From a virus, in UHGV virus genome UHGV-1360036: a DNA stretch of 51,529 bases; one strand, 5' to 3'. A program made the position numbers and the translations under genes. Position 1 is the first letter of the stretch. Each line of letters opens with the position of its first letter. Positions 9,514-18,020 of this stretch are shown here, one piece after another. The notes beneath the pieces were generated by a model. The model had not been told where the DNA came from and ran no database searches. It saw nothing but the letters and a program-made list of their open reading frames with translations.

Positions 9514-10206
9514 ATGGGAATGGATGGAAACGGATTAAGTGTAGCAGATGCATTGGCACTTGGAAAAGAGAATAATGGAATGTTCGGAGATGGCAATGGA
9601 AGTTGGATTTTCTTTTTATTCTTCTTACTCGCATGGGGAGGTAACTTTGGAAACTGGGGTGGAAATGGTATGAATAGTACAGCAAGCGCATATACAGATA
9701 GTGCAATTCAGAGAGGTTTTGACAACCAAGCAGTCATGAATAAGCTGAATGGTTTGGAGAATGGAATTTGTGACGGATTCTATGCAGTTAATACTTCACT
9801 TCTGAATGGTTTTAACGGAACACAGCAAGCAATCAATAATGTAGCAGTAGCGGGAATGCAGAACACGAATGCACTTGCTTCACAGCTTGCAGATTGTTGT
9901 TGCACAACACAGAGAAGTATTGATTCTGTAAGATATGAGAATGCAAGAAATACTTGTGATATTGTGAACGCTATTAAGGCAGACGGAGATGCTACTAGAG
10001 CATTAATGACACAGAATGAAATTCAGAGTTTACGTGACCAGTTGCAGACAGCTAATTTCCAGTTAAGCCAGCAGGCACAGAACGCAACACTGATTTCAAC
10101 ATTAAGACCAACACCAATTCCTGCATATCAGACATGCAGTCCATATGAAAGCGCACAAATGTTTTCACATTATGGAACAGCTTGCAATAATGGATGTGGG
10201 TGCTAA
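9514..10206 (+). CDS. Gly/Asn/Gln-rich membrane-anchored Cys-containing protein, unknown function
   Basis: RBS GGAGGT. GDGNGSWIFFLFFLLAWGGNFGNWGGNG transmembrane block. CCC triplet. C-terminal CNNGCGC. Confidence 0.55.
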   Translation: MGMDGNGLSVADALALGKENNGMFGDGNGSWIFFLFFLLAWGGNFGNWGGNGMNSTASAYTDSAIQRGFDNQAVMNKLNGLENGICDGFYAVNTSLLNGFNGTQQAINNVAVAGMQNTNALASQLADCCCTTQRSIDSVRYENARNTCDIVNAIKADGDATRALMTQNEIQSLRDQLQTANFQLSQQAQNATLISTLRPTPIPAYQTCSPYESAQMFSHYGTACNNGCGC

Positions 10207-10260
10207 AGCGTTTATTTGATGATTTAAGAGACTTTCCGCTTATGCGTGATATATTTGTAG

Positions 10261-10290
10261 GGGCGGCATAAAAACCGCCCTATTCGTTTA
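10261..10290 (+). terminator. rho-independent terminator
   Basis: GGGCGG-cataaaaa-CCGCCC followed by a T-rich tract. Confidence 0.6.
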
Positions 10291-10319
10291 ATTAAAAGTA
10301 TTAGAAAGGGTGATATAGA

Positions 10320-10694
10320 ATGGCATGTAGTTTATACAATAATAATGGATATGGATGTGGTGGTTGCATACACTTTGTTAAAACAGTAAGCGTAACAGTA
10401 CAAGATGGTGTTTTGATTTTGAACATACCACAGGCAAATTATAGTAACAAAGAAAAAGTGTGTATTTGTATTGCACAGGCAATTCCAACAGTAACAAGTG
10501 CAGAAACGGTAGCTATAACAATCGGAACAGGAACAACACAATATGTACTTAGAACAAAGTGTGGAAATAATGTTCATGCAGACCAGTTAAGAAGTAGAAA
10601 AGTGTACCATACAAATGTTGCGACAGATGTTGGCACTTTCATGGTTAGTAGCTGTGAGTTATGCGGGACAAGCTATAATTTTCCAGTAATATAA
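10320..10694 (+). CDS. Cys-rich (10 Cys in 124 aa) protein, unknown function
   Basis: GYGCGGCIHF...VCICIAQAIP...SSCELCGTSY. Confidence 0.5.
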   Translation: MACSLYNNNGYGCGGCIHFVKTVSVTVQDGVLILNIPQANYSNKEKVCICIAQAIPTVTSAETVAITIGTGTTQYVLRTKCGNNVHADQLRSRKVYHTNVATDVGTFMVSSCELCGTSYNFPVI

Positions 10695-10707
10695 GGAGGG
10701 CAAAACA

Positions 10708-11439
10708 ATGTATGAAGTAAATGGTGTGAAATATGACGAAAATGTGAATACAAACAAAGCAAACACAGAACAGGGATGGAATACGCAGGAACAGCAACCA
10801 TATATGGGAACACAAAGAAACAAACGTATGCAAGAAAACATTGCAGAAGAAGTATATATAAAACTTGATGAACACATGCAGAAAGCATTAAGTTTCCACG
10901 AACAGCTTGCGGACTATTTCTGTTTCCTTGGTTTACAAGGATTTAAAAGAAAGTTAGAATGTCAGTACATGGATGAATGTGCAAACAAAAGAAAGCTACA
11001 CCACAAATACATAAATCTTCATCAGAAGTTAATCCCATTAAGACAAGTACAGTTCCCACAGATGATTCCTAGAGATTGGAATAAATATACAACAGATGAT
11101 GTGAATGACAGTGTTCTCCCTAAGTTTGTGAAAAGTGCAATGGAACAGTATAAACAGTGGGAACACGAAACAAAAGAACTGTATGAAGAACAGTGGCAGA
11201 AATGTATGAATAATGGAATGGGAGCAGATGCAGAGTATATTTCAAAGCTTATACAAGATGTAACAAAAGAGCTAAAAGAAATAAACAGAATGTGCGAACA
11301 GCTTAACGGTACTGGATATGATGTAATAGCAATTCATAACATGCAAGACAAATACCACAAGAAGTATAAGGATAAATACAATGATACTTATACAGATAAG
11401 TGGAAGAAAGAAACAAAACATAACAAAACAAATAAATAG
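10708..11439 (+). CDS. hypothetical protein, helical with His/Cys/Glu-rich motifs (possible four-helix-bundle metal-binding protein)
   Basis: RBS AAGGAGGG. 243 aa. Lys-rich C-terminus. Confidence 0.5.
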   Translation: MYEVNGVKYDENVNTNKANTEQGWNTQEQQPYMGTQRNKRMQENIAEEVYIKLDEHMQKALSFHEQLADYFCFLGLQGFKRKLECQYMDECANKRKLHHKYINLHQKLIPLRQVQFPQMIPRDWNKYTTDDVNDSVLPKFVKSAMEQYKQWEHETKELYEEQWQKCMNNGMGADAEYISKLIQDVTKELKEINRMCEQLNGTGYDVIAIHNMQDKYHKKYKDKYNDTYTDKWKKETKHNKTNK

Positions 11440-11535
11440 AACAAAGCATAAGGCTATATATTATATATAATATAATTAATATATTTATATATTTTATATA
11501 GCTTTATTTATTTTAAAATATTTTATAAAAAAGTA

Positions 11536-11563
11536 TTGACTTTTGTTTTAAATATGTTATAAT
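11536..11563 (+). promoter_or_regulatory. sigma-A-type promoter (TTGACT-16-TGtTATAAT) with conserved leader
   Basis: -35 at 11536-11541, extended -10 at 11555-11563. The leader ATCAAGTTAAAGG recurs at 12018 and 34983. Confidence 0.65.
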
Positions 11564-11625
11564 ATAATCAAGTTAAAGGTAAACAGTTAATAAATAAAAC
11601 AAAACAAACTAGGAGGATAAAACAA

Positions 11626-11967
11626 ATGAAGAAAAGAACATTCGAAACAGAGATGAAATTAAATTTAGCAGAGCCTATCTTGAATAAAAACAAAACACTT
11701 GAGGAATATACAGAACAGTTGTTAGATGAAAATGAGTATTATAATGTAAAGGCGATTTGCTCAATGGCATTTATTATGAATGATAAAGAATTTACTTATT
11801 TCAAAAATAATTTGTTAAAAGATTTTAATTTTTTAAAAGATGTTCCTTGTGGATGTGAAGAAGATTATACACAATATGTTATAATGATTGTAAATGAAAA
11901 AACAGAACAAAAGTTTTTTGTAAATACACAAGGTTATAGCTATGCAAGATATTGTTTATTCAATTAA
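11626..11967 (+). CDS. hypothetical early protein
   Basis: RBS AGGAGG. First gene after the promoter. Confidence 0.55.
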   Translation: MKKRTFETEMKLNLAEPILNKNKTLEEYTEQLLDENEYYNVKAICSMAFIMNDKEFTYFKNNLLKDFNFLKDVPCGCEEDYTQYVIMIVNEKTEQKFFVNTQGYSYARYCLFN

Positions 11968-11980
11968 AAAATATAATTAA

Positions 11981-12013
11981 GGGGTTGACAAAATCAACCC
12001 TTTGATATATAAT
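11981..12013 (+). promoter_or_regulatory. bifunctional hairpin terminator/promoter element (GGGGTTGACA-loop-TCAACCC-TTT ... TATAAT)
   Basis: 7-bp stem 11982-11988/11994-12000 embeds -35 TTGACA at 11985-11990. -10 TATAAT at 12008-12013 with a 17-nt spacer. Confidence 0.6.
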
Positions 12014-12061
12014 TAAATCAAGTTAAGAGAAAACAAATAAAACAGAAAAGGAGAACAGGAT

Positions 12062-12304
12062 ATGAAAACATTAGCAATGAACAAAATAGAGGAAAGAGGA
12101 GCGTTCATGCTTGGAAGAATTCATCATAGATATGAGCAGTATAAACAGGGATTAATTTCTTGTGAAAAATTTGCAGAGTATAAAAACGAATATATAGCGC
12201 ATTTTAATGGATATGTAAGAGCCTTTTGGGATATGGAACTTTTAACGGATGCCGAACAAAAGCAAGTATTAACGAGTTTTATGGAATCTGTAGAAATCGC
12301 ATAA
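12062..12304 (+). CDS. hypothetical early protein
   Basis: RBS AAAAGGAG. Confidence 0.5.
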   Translation: MKTLAMNKIEERGAFMLGRIHHRYEQYKQGLISCEKFAEYKNEYIAHFNGYVRAFWDMELLTDAEQKQVLTSFMESVEIA

Positions 12305-12321
12305 AAAGGAGATAAAACAAA

Positions 12322-12513
12322 ATGACACCATACAGTTATAGAAAACTACAGAGGAAAGTGAAAAGAAAGGTGAGAACATTCAAAAGAGTATTTAAAATCT
12401 TTTGGAAAGAATGGGGCATAACAAAACAGGATTTCAATGATATCATAGCTTGTTTGTCATTGCTTGGAATGATTTATATACTATCAATAGTTTGTATAAT
12501 CGTTTTAAAATAA
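12322..12513 (+). CDS. small basic membrane protein
   Basis: Lys/Arg-rich N-terminus with C-terminal transmembrane helix LSLLGMIYILSIVCIIVL. Confidence 0.5.
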   Translation: MTPYSYRKLQRKVKRKVRTFKRVFKIFWKEWGITKQDFNDIIACLSLLGMIYILSIVCIIVLK

Positions 12514-12516
12514 ATA

Positions 12517-12545
12517 TTGACAAAGAAAAAGTAGAGTGATATAAT
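12517..12545 (+). promoter_or_regulatory. sigma-A-type promoter (TTGACA-17-TGaTATAAT)
   Basis: Consensus hexamers at 12517-12522 and 12540-12545. Confidence 0.65.
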
Positions 12546-12577
12546 TAAGACATAAAAAGAAAAGGAGAACAAAACAA

Positions 12578-13252
12578 ATGAGATTTGAAGAAATGAAAGT
12601 TGCAGAGTTAAAACAGCAGTCAAGAAACAGAGGACTCACATTGGAAAGTAAAGGACACAAGTTCACAAAACGGGAGTTGATTGACAGACTTAATACTTAT
12701 GAGAATGAAACTGATGAAGCGTGGATTGAAACAAAAAGTAAAACAAAAGTAGAAAAACAGCCAGCACCAAGCAATGAAGATAATGAAGCATGGGTTGAGA
12801 CAAAAGGATTTGAAGCAGAGACACTCGAAACAGAAGAGGTTAAAACAAACACAGAGGAAACAGAAGAAAGAAAATTTGCAACACTTGAAGAAATCGAAAT
12901 GAAATATGGTTCAAGAAAAGAACAGCGCATTTATGATAATGTATTACAGGTAGGATGCATGATTTGTTATGTTAGATTCATTGAAACAAAACATGGACAA
13001 CTTTTGAAGAAGTTAGGGTCAGCAAAAGTTGTCGGAGTAAATAGAAAAAAGGAACTTGTAAGAGTACAGACACCAGTAGGAGAAGAAAAAGAATTATCTT
13101 TTGATGAACTTATTTTCATTCGTGATGTAAATGTCAGAACGTATCCAAAGGATATTAATTCAGTATTATATGCACAGAGACAGGCAGTAAAAGAATATAA
13201 AGAAAGGGCAGGCAAGAAGAATGAATACAGCACAGATAGAACAGAGCGTTAG
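12578..13252 (+). CDS. SAP/Rho_N-like (helix-extension-helix) DNA-binding domain protein
   Basis: N-terminus MKVAELKQQSRNRGLTLESKGHKFTKRELIDRL. Confidence 0.55.
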   Translation: MRFEEMKVAELKQQSRNRGLTLESKGHKFTKRELIDRLNTYENETDEAWIETKSKTKVEKQPAPSNEDNEAWVETKGFEAETLETEEVKTNTEETEERKFATLEEIEMKYGSRKEQRIYDNVLQVGCMICYVRFIETKHGQLLKKLGSAKVVGVNRKKELVRVQTPVGEEKELSFDELIFIRDVNVRTYPKDINSVLYAQRQAVKEYKERAGKKNEYSTDRTER

Positions 13253-13757
13253 GAGATTGTATGAAGCACAGCAAGAAAAAAAGAAGTTTGATGAATACTA
13301 CAATGAAGTTAGGAAGAAAGAACAGCTTGCAGTTACGAATTTTATGTTTACTAATCTACCAAAAGGAGAAGAAACATTTGACATTGAATTAAAAGATGGG
13401 ATGAACTATTATACAAACCATGTGAAACTTAAGGTAACAAAAGTTAGAAGAAAGAAGTTGACATGGAAGTTTGAAAAGTTAAAACAAAACATTTCAAAAC
13501 AGTTATACAAAACAGTTGTAAACAAAACATACAAAGTAAATGATATGGATGGACTCATTAAATATTTGAAAGAGTGTGGAGTAGATGCAAAGAAGTTCAA
13601 AAAGTTCATTGATGTTGAAGAAAGCATGGATGAAGCAGAATTAGATAGAATGTATGAAACAGGAAAGATAAGCAAAGAGGACAAAGCGCAGTTAGGAAAA
13701 TGCTGTGATGTTGAAATATCAGAGCCATATATTAAGATAACAGAACAGAAAGGCTAG
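13221..13757 (+). CDS. hypothetical protein
   Basis: 178-aa Lys-rich ORF. Overlaps the previous stop. Confidence 0.5.
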   Translation: MNTAQIEQSVRRLYEAQQEKKKFDEYYNEVRKKEQLAVTNFMFTNLPKGEETFDIELKDGMNYYTNHVKLKVTKVRRKKLTWKFEKLKQNISKQLYKTVVNKTYKVNDMDGLIKYLKECGVDAKKFKKFIDVEESMDEAELDRMYETGKISKEDKAQLGKCCDVEISEPYIKITEQKG

Positions 13758-13767
13758 AACAATATGT

Positions 13768-14730
13768 ATGATAAGAACATATGGAGGAAAGGAACTTGCG
13801 AAAGTATTAATCTATTATGGAATTGTTGAAGAAATAACAACAACAGAGTTTAATATAATATGTCCTTTCCATGATGATATAAACCCATCAATGCGAATCT
13901 GTTTAGATGATGGAACATTTTTTTGTTTTGGATGTGAAGCAAAAGGAAATGCATTAGATTTTGTTATGAAAGCGCATCCAGAATTAAATGATTTACAGGC
14001 ATGTTGTTTATTGGAACAAATACTGCATAGTGATAAAATAGAAAAGCTACAGATAAAGGTTAGAAGAAAACGTAAGAAACAAAGCAAGCAAGCATTGATT
14101 GAAGCAAAGGATTATTACTATGGATTAAAAACAACAGATTGGAATGAAGCAAACAGTAAGGATGAAAAACAAATAATTGAATACATGAAAAAACGTGGAT
14201 TCAGTAAACGTGCATTGAATGTTTCAAAGTGTAAATACAATTACAATGTTGCATATCCATTTATATTTCCAATATTGGACAATGGAAAGTTTATGGGATG
14301 GGTAGGAAGAACAATGAATCCACATGTTGAAAAGAAAAGAAAGTATCTATACAATGAGGGATTCAGAAAGCGTGACACATTATGCGGAACATATGAAGAG
14401 AACTGCATTCCATATATATGTGAGGGATACATGGATTATTTAAGTCTTAAAACAAGAGGGCATATAAAAAATGTTGTTGCAATACTTGGATGGCATATAT
14501 CAGATGAACAAGTGAACAAACTAAAACAAAAAGGAATTACAACAGTAATATCTGCATTAGACAATGATGAATGTGGAATAAAAGGAACAGAGTATTTAAA
14601 GCGGTTTTTTAATGTTATACGCTTTGATTATCCAGCTGATAAAAAGGATGTGGGGGAAATGTCAGAGGAAGAAATAAAAGCCGCTAAACAGTGTTCTAGG
14701 AGGATCAGAAAGCATGGTGCTGAAATATAA
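13768..14730 (+). CDS. DNA primase (CHC2 zinc finger + Toprim)
   Basis: CPFHDDINPSMRI...FFCFGCEAKGNALDF zinc finger. C-terminal EGYMDYLSL...ALDNDECG Toprim-like. Confidence 0.75.
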   Translation: MIRTYGGKELAKVLIYYGIVEEITTTEFNIICPFHDDINPSMRICLDDGTFFCFGCEAKGNALDFVMKAHPELNDLQACCLLEQILHSDKIEKLQIKVRRKRKKQSKQALIEAKDYYYGLKTTDWNEANSKDEKQIIEYMKKRGFSKRALNVSKCKYNYNVAYPFIFPILDNGKFMGWVGRTMNPHVEKKRKYLYNEGFRKRDTLCGTYEENCIPYICEGYMDYLSLKTRGHIKNVVAILGWHISDEQVNKLKQKGITTVISALDNDECGIKGTEYLKRFFNVIRFDYPADKKDVGEMSEEEIKAAKQCSRRIRKHGAEI

Positions 14731-15097
14731 AGTAACTTGTAAAATGAATTTATATCACAAAGATACATTGGAAAAATTAACGATTGACAGAGTTGTGCAT
14801 GGAGAGTATAATGAAGAGAGTGAAGAGTACAAACTGATTTGTAGTGAATACGAAACAAAATTCGGATTTATGCGTAATGAGGATAAAGCAAGTTTTGATG
14901 AAATGCTTTTAACAGAACTTGTAAAACAAGCAAAACAAGTTGTAAAAGATTCAGTTAGTAATATAGCAAATGTTATAAAACAATGTTACCTTGAAGATGC
15001 AAATGCATATATAGAGTTTGGCGGTTATATCATAAATCCAAAACAGTTTTGTGCGGTAGAAATCGGTGAGTATAAAACAAACATATCAAAAGAATAA
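14714..15097 (+). CDS. hypothetical protein
   Basis: 127-aa ORF, start overlapping the primase stop. Confidence 0.5.
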   Translation: MVLKYKVTCKMNLYHKDTLEKLTIDRVVHGEYNEESEEYKLICSEYETKFGFMRNEDKASFDEMLLTELVKQAKQVVKDSVSNIANVIKQCYLEDANAYIEFGGYIINPKQFCAVEIGEYKTNISKE

Positions 15098-15110
15098 AAG
15101 GAGAAACAAC

Positions 15111-15914
15111 ATGGGAAAAATTAAGTTATCAGACATTAAAAGTGAGATTAGCAAGAGTGGAACAAGTAAAGGAAAGTTTATGTTTTTCAAAGAGGACTCA
15201 AAAGCAAGAGTTCATTTCTTAACAGATATGGAAGATGGTTTAGAAATCAAGTTTCATGATAGTTTTGCTTTAGGTGTAAACGTTCCATGTCAAGAGGAAT
15301 TTGGCAGAACTTGTGAGTATTGCGAAGATGAAAATTTAAGAACAAGAAAGATGTATGTGTGGAGTGTCTATGACTATGAAAGCAAAGAAGTGAAATTGTT
15401 AATGGCGGCAGTTAATAACTGTTCACCAGTTCCAGCACTTGCTTCATTGTATGAAAACTATGGGACACTTCTTGATAGAGACTATGAGATTAAAAGAATT
15501 GGAAAAGGTCAGAACACAACATATTCTGTTATTCCGTTAGACAAAGCAAAATTCAGAAATAACAAAGTAAAGCCGCTGTCTGATTCAGCGATTTTAAAAT
15601 ATATTGACAAGGCATATCCATCTGATAACAATGAAGATTTTGATGAAGAGGACGAACCTAAGAAGAAACCAAACAAAACAAAAACAAAAGCTAAAACAAA
15701 AGTCGAAGAAACAGACGATTGGGATGAAGAAGAGGATGAAACAAACGATTATGAAAGTATGAAGCCACAGGAGCTTTACAAGCTGTGTAAAGAGCGAGAT
15801 ATTGATTGTAAACCAAAGAAATCAAAAGAATATTACATTGACCTTTTGGAAGAAGCGGACGAAGAAAACGATTCTGATGATTGGGATGAAGAAGAGGATG
15901 ACTGGGAAGAATAA
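15111..15914 (+). CDS. putative T4 gp32-like zinc-binding ssDNA-binding protein with acidic DDWD repeats and Rho_N-like motif
   Basis: RBS AAAAGGAG then ATG 15111. H-x12-C-x8-C-x2-C (FHDSFALGVNVPCQEEFGRTCEYCED) resembles the gp32 zinc site. C-terminus DDWDEEEDDWEE. Confidence 0.45.
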   Translation: MGKIKLSDIKSEISKSGTSKGKFMFFKEDSKARVHFLTDMEDGLEIKFHDSFALGVNVPCQEEFGRTCEYCEDENLRTRKMYVWSVYDYESKEVKLLMAAVNNCSPVPALASLYENYGTLLDRDYEIKRIGKGQNTTYSVIPLDKAKFRNNKVKPLSDSAILKYIDKAYPSDNNEDFDEEDEPKKKPNKTKTKAKTKVEETDDWDEEEDETNDYESMKPQELYKLCKERDIDCKPKKSKEYYIDLLEEADEENDSDDWDEEEDDWEE

Positions 15915-15936
15915 AACAAAATAAGTTATGTGTTAG

Positions 15937-15968
15937 GGGTTGACATAGTTCAACCCTTTTGTTATAAT
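15937..15968 (+). promoter_or_regulatory. second copy of hairpin terminator/promoter element
   Basis: GGGTTGA-catagt-TCAACCC-TTTT. -35 TTGACA at 15940-15945, 17-nt spacer, -10 TATAAT at 15963-15968. Confidence 0.6.
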
Positions 15969-16002
15969 TAAGTAGAACATAGGAACAGAAAGGAAGATAT
16001 AA

Positions 16003-17196
16003 ATGGGAAATTTTTTCGATTTACATAGGCACACAGAATATTCATTATTTGATGGGTTTGGAAAGTCTATAAATTTAGCAAAACATGCAAAGGAGTTAGG
16101 ATACAGAGCATTAGGGATAAGTGACCATGGAACAATTAGTGGACTTATAAAACATTATCAAGCATGTAATGAAGTTGGAATAAAACCGGTTATGGGATGC
16201 GAAATATATTTTCAACCAAAATTCAATAAAGAAAATCCAAAAAGAAAGAGTTACCACTTGAATTTGTTTGTGAAGAACTTGCAAGGATACAAAAATTTAT
16301 GTCACATTATGACAGAAGCAAACACAAAACAATTCTATTATAAACCAATAGTTGATTTTAAGTTACTTGAAAAATATTCAGATGGTCTTATATGTACAAC
16401 AGCTTGTATAGCAAGCGCAACGTCACAAGCTATTTTAAATGGTCATAGAAGTACAGCAGAGCGTTTGTTAGATAAGTTCAAGGAAATATTCAAAGATGAT
16501 TTATACGTTGAAATACAGCCATATAAGATAGATGCACAGGGTACACAGCAAAGAACAGATTATGAGCTTATGGGAATGGCTAGAAGAAAGAAAATAAAAT
16601 GTATTCTAACAAGTGATTCACATTTTGGAAGTAAAGAAGATTTTGACACATATTGTAAAATGCACGAAATTGGAAAAACAACATTGGATGTAAAAAGAAC
16701 ATATAGTGAAAGGTACATGCCTACAGAATATGAGATAACAGAACGGTTTGCGAACATCTATAAAAAGAAGTTTAAAAGACCAATGGAACTTGCAGAACGA
16801 TTTGCAGATAACATGAAAGAAATATATAATAAAGTAGAAGATAACATATTGGATGGCTTGGAGTTGGAACTTCCTAAAATATCAGATGATGGAGCAAAAC
16901 AACTTGAAACATTAACAAAACAGGGATTGAAGAAAAGAAACAAATGGAATAAGGAATATTGGAAAAGATGTAAAGAAGAATTGGAAGTAATTAATTACCA
17001 TGGGTTTGCAGACTATTTCCTTATTGTTAGAGATTACATAACATGGGCGAAAGAAAATGGAATTGAAACAGGAAAGGGAAGAGGTTCTGTATGTAATTGC
17101 CTTGTAGCTTATGCAGTAGGAATTACAGAAGTAGACAGTATAAAATATAATCTAGATTTTAGTAGATTTATGAGAAAGGAAAAGAAGTCATTGCCT
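16003..17196 (+). CDS. DNA polymerase III alpha (DnaE-type) exon 1: PHP domain and start of palm
   Basis: FDLHRHTEYSLFDG PHP motif. GRGSVCNCLVAYAVGITEVD and FSRFMRKEKKSLP align to DnaE GRGSAAGSLVAYALGIT...FERFLNPERVSMP. The ORF-track ORF runs on to a stop at 17232 inside the intron. Confidence 0.75.
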
Positions 17197-18020
17197 AAAC
17201 TTAATTGGGAATCATTCGTGAACATTGCTTAATGGTGTGTATTATTATAATATGCTAACGGTATCAGAAAAATAAGACTCCTTATTGAAATGTTACAACA
17301 AGATAATAGGGCATAAGACCATAGACGAATAATCTGACTAAGAAACCCTAAACCAGTGACGGTGAGATAGAGGGAATACCGTGCCAAGTCTATATAGAAA
17401 GGAAGTGAATTAGATGTTTAAAAGTATGGAAGAGTTTGACCATCATTCAATAGACGAATATGGAAATGTTTTAAATGAGAAAACAGGAAATATATTAAAA
17501 CCTTATGTTGGAAGTGGCGGCTATTTGTATGTGAAGCCATGCGAAAATAATGTAACAAAACATTTGTCGATACATAGAGCAGTAGCAAAATATTTTTGCA
17601 AAGGATATAAACCAGAATTAGTTGTTGACCACATAGATGGAAATGTAGAGAACAACTATTATAAAAATCTTAGATGGTGCGAACAAGCAGACAATTTGAA
17701 GTATGGATATGAGAGAAGAAAAGATACACCATTCAGAAATTATAGACCATGTAAATTGTATGTTGGAAATAAATTGATAGATGAATTTCTAAGTATAACG
17801 GAAGCTGTGGAATATGCAGAAAAACACTACAATGTTAAAAGAACAATGTTACATAAACATCTAGTTTATGGAAATGTTCGTATAGAAAGGTGTAACGACT
17901 AGTTTGTGAAGAGAGTAACAAGTGTAGGAATGGAGATAAGCACCATTCCGAAGTGCGAATGCCACGAGAGTGGAAGATATAGTCTAGCCTTGATAGTTTG
18001 GAAACGAACGACTAAGGTAG
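17197..18020 (+). mobile_element. putative group I self-splicing intron with an HNH homing endonuclease gene
   Basis: Separates two DnaE halves exactly at the catalytic DxD motif. 5' exon ends in U, intron ends in G. Possible P1 pairing of exon CCU with intron GGG at 17207-17209. Confidence 0.6.
17414..17902 (+). CDS. HNH homing endonuclease (intron-encoded)
   Basis: HLSIHRAVAKYF...VVDHIDGNVENNYYKNLRWCEQADN HNH motif. Free-standing ORF inside the intron. Confidence 0.7.
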   Translation: MFKSMEEFDHHSIDEYGNVLNEKTGNILKPYVGSGGYLYVKPCENNVTKHLSIHRAVAKYFCKGYKPELVVDHIDGNVENNYYKNLRWCEQADNLKYGYERRKDTPFRNYRPCKLYVGNKLIDEFLSITEAVEYAEKHYNVKRTMLHKHLVYGNVRIERCND

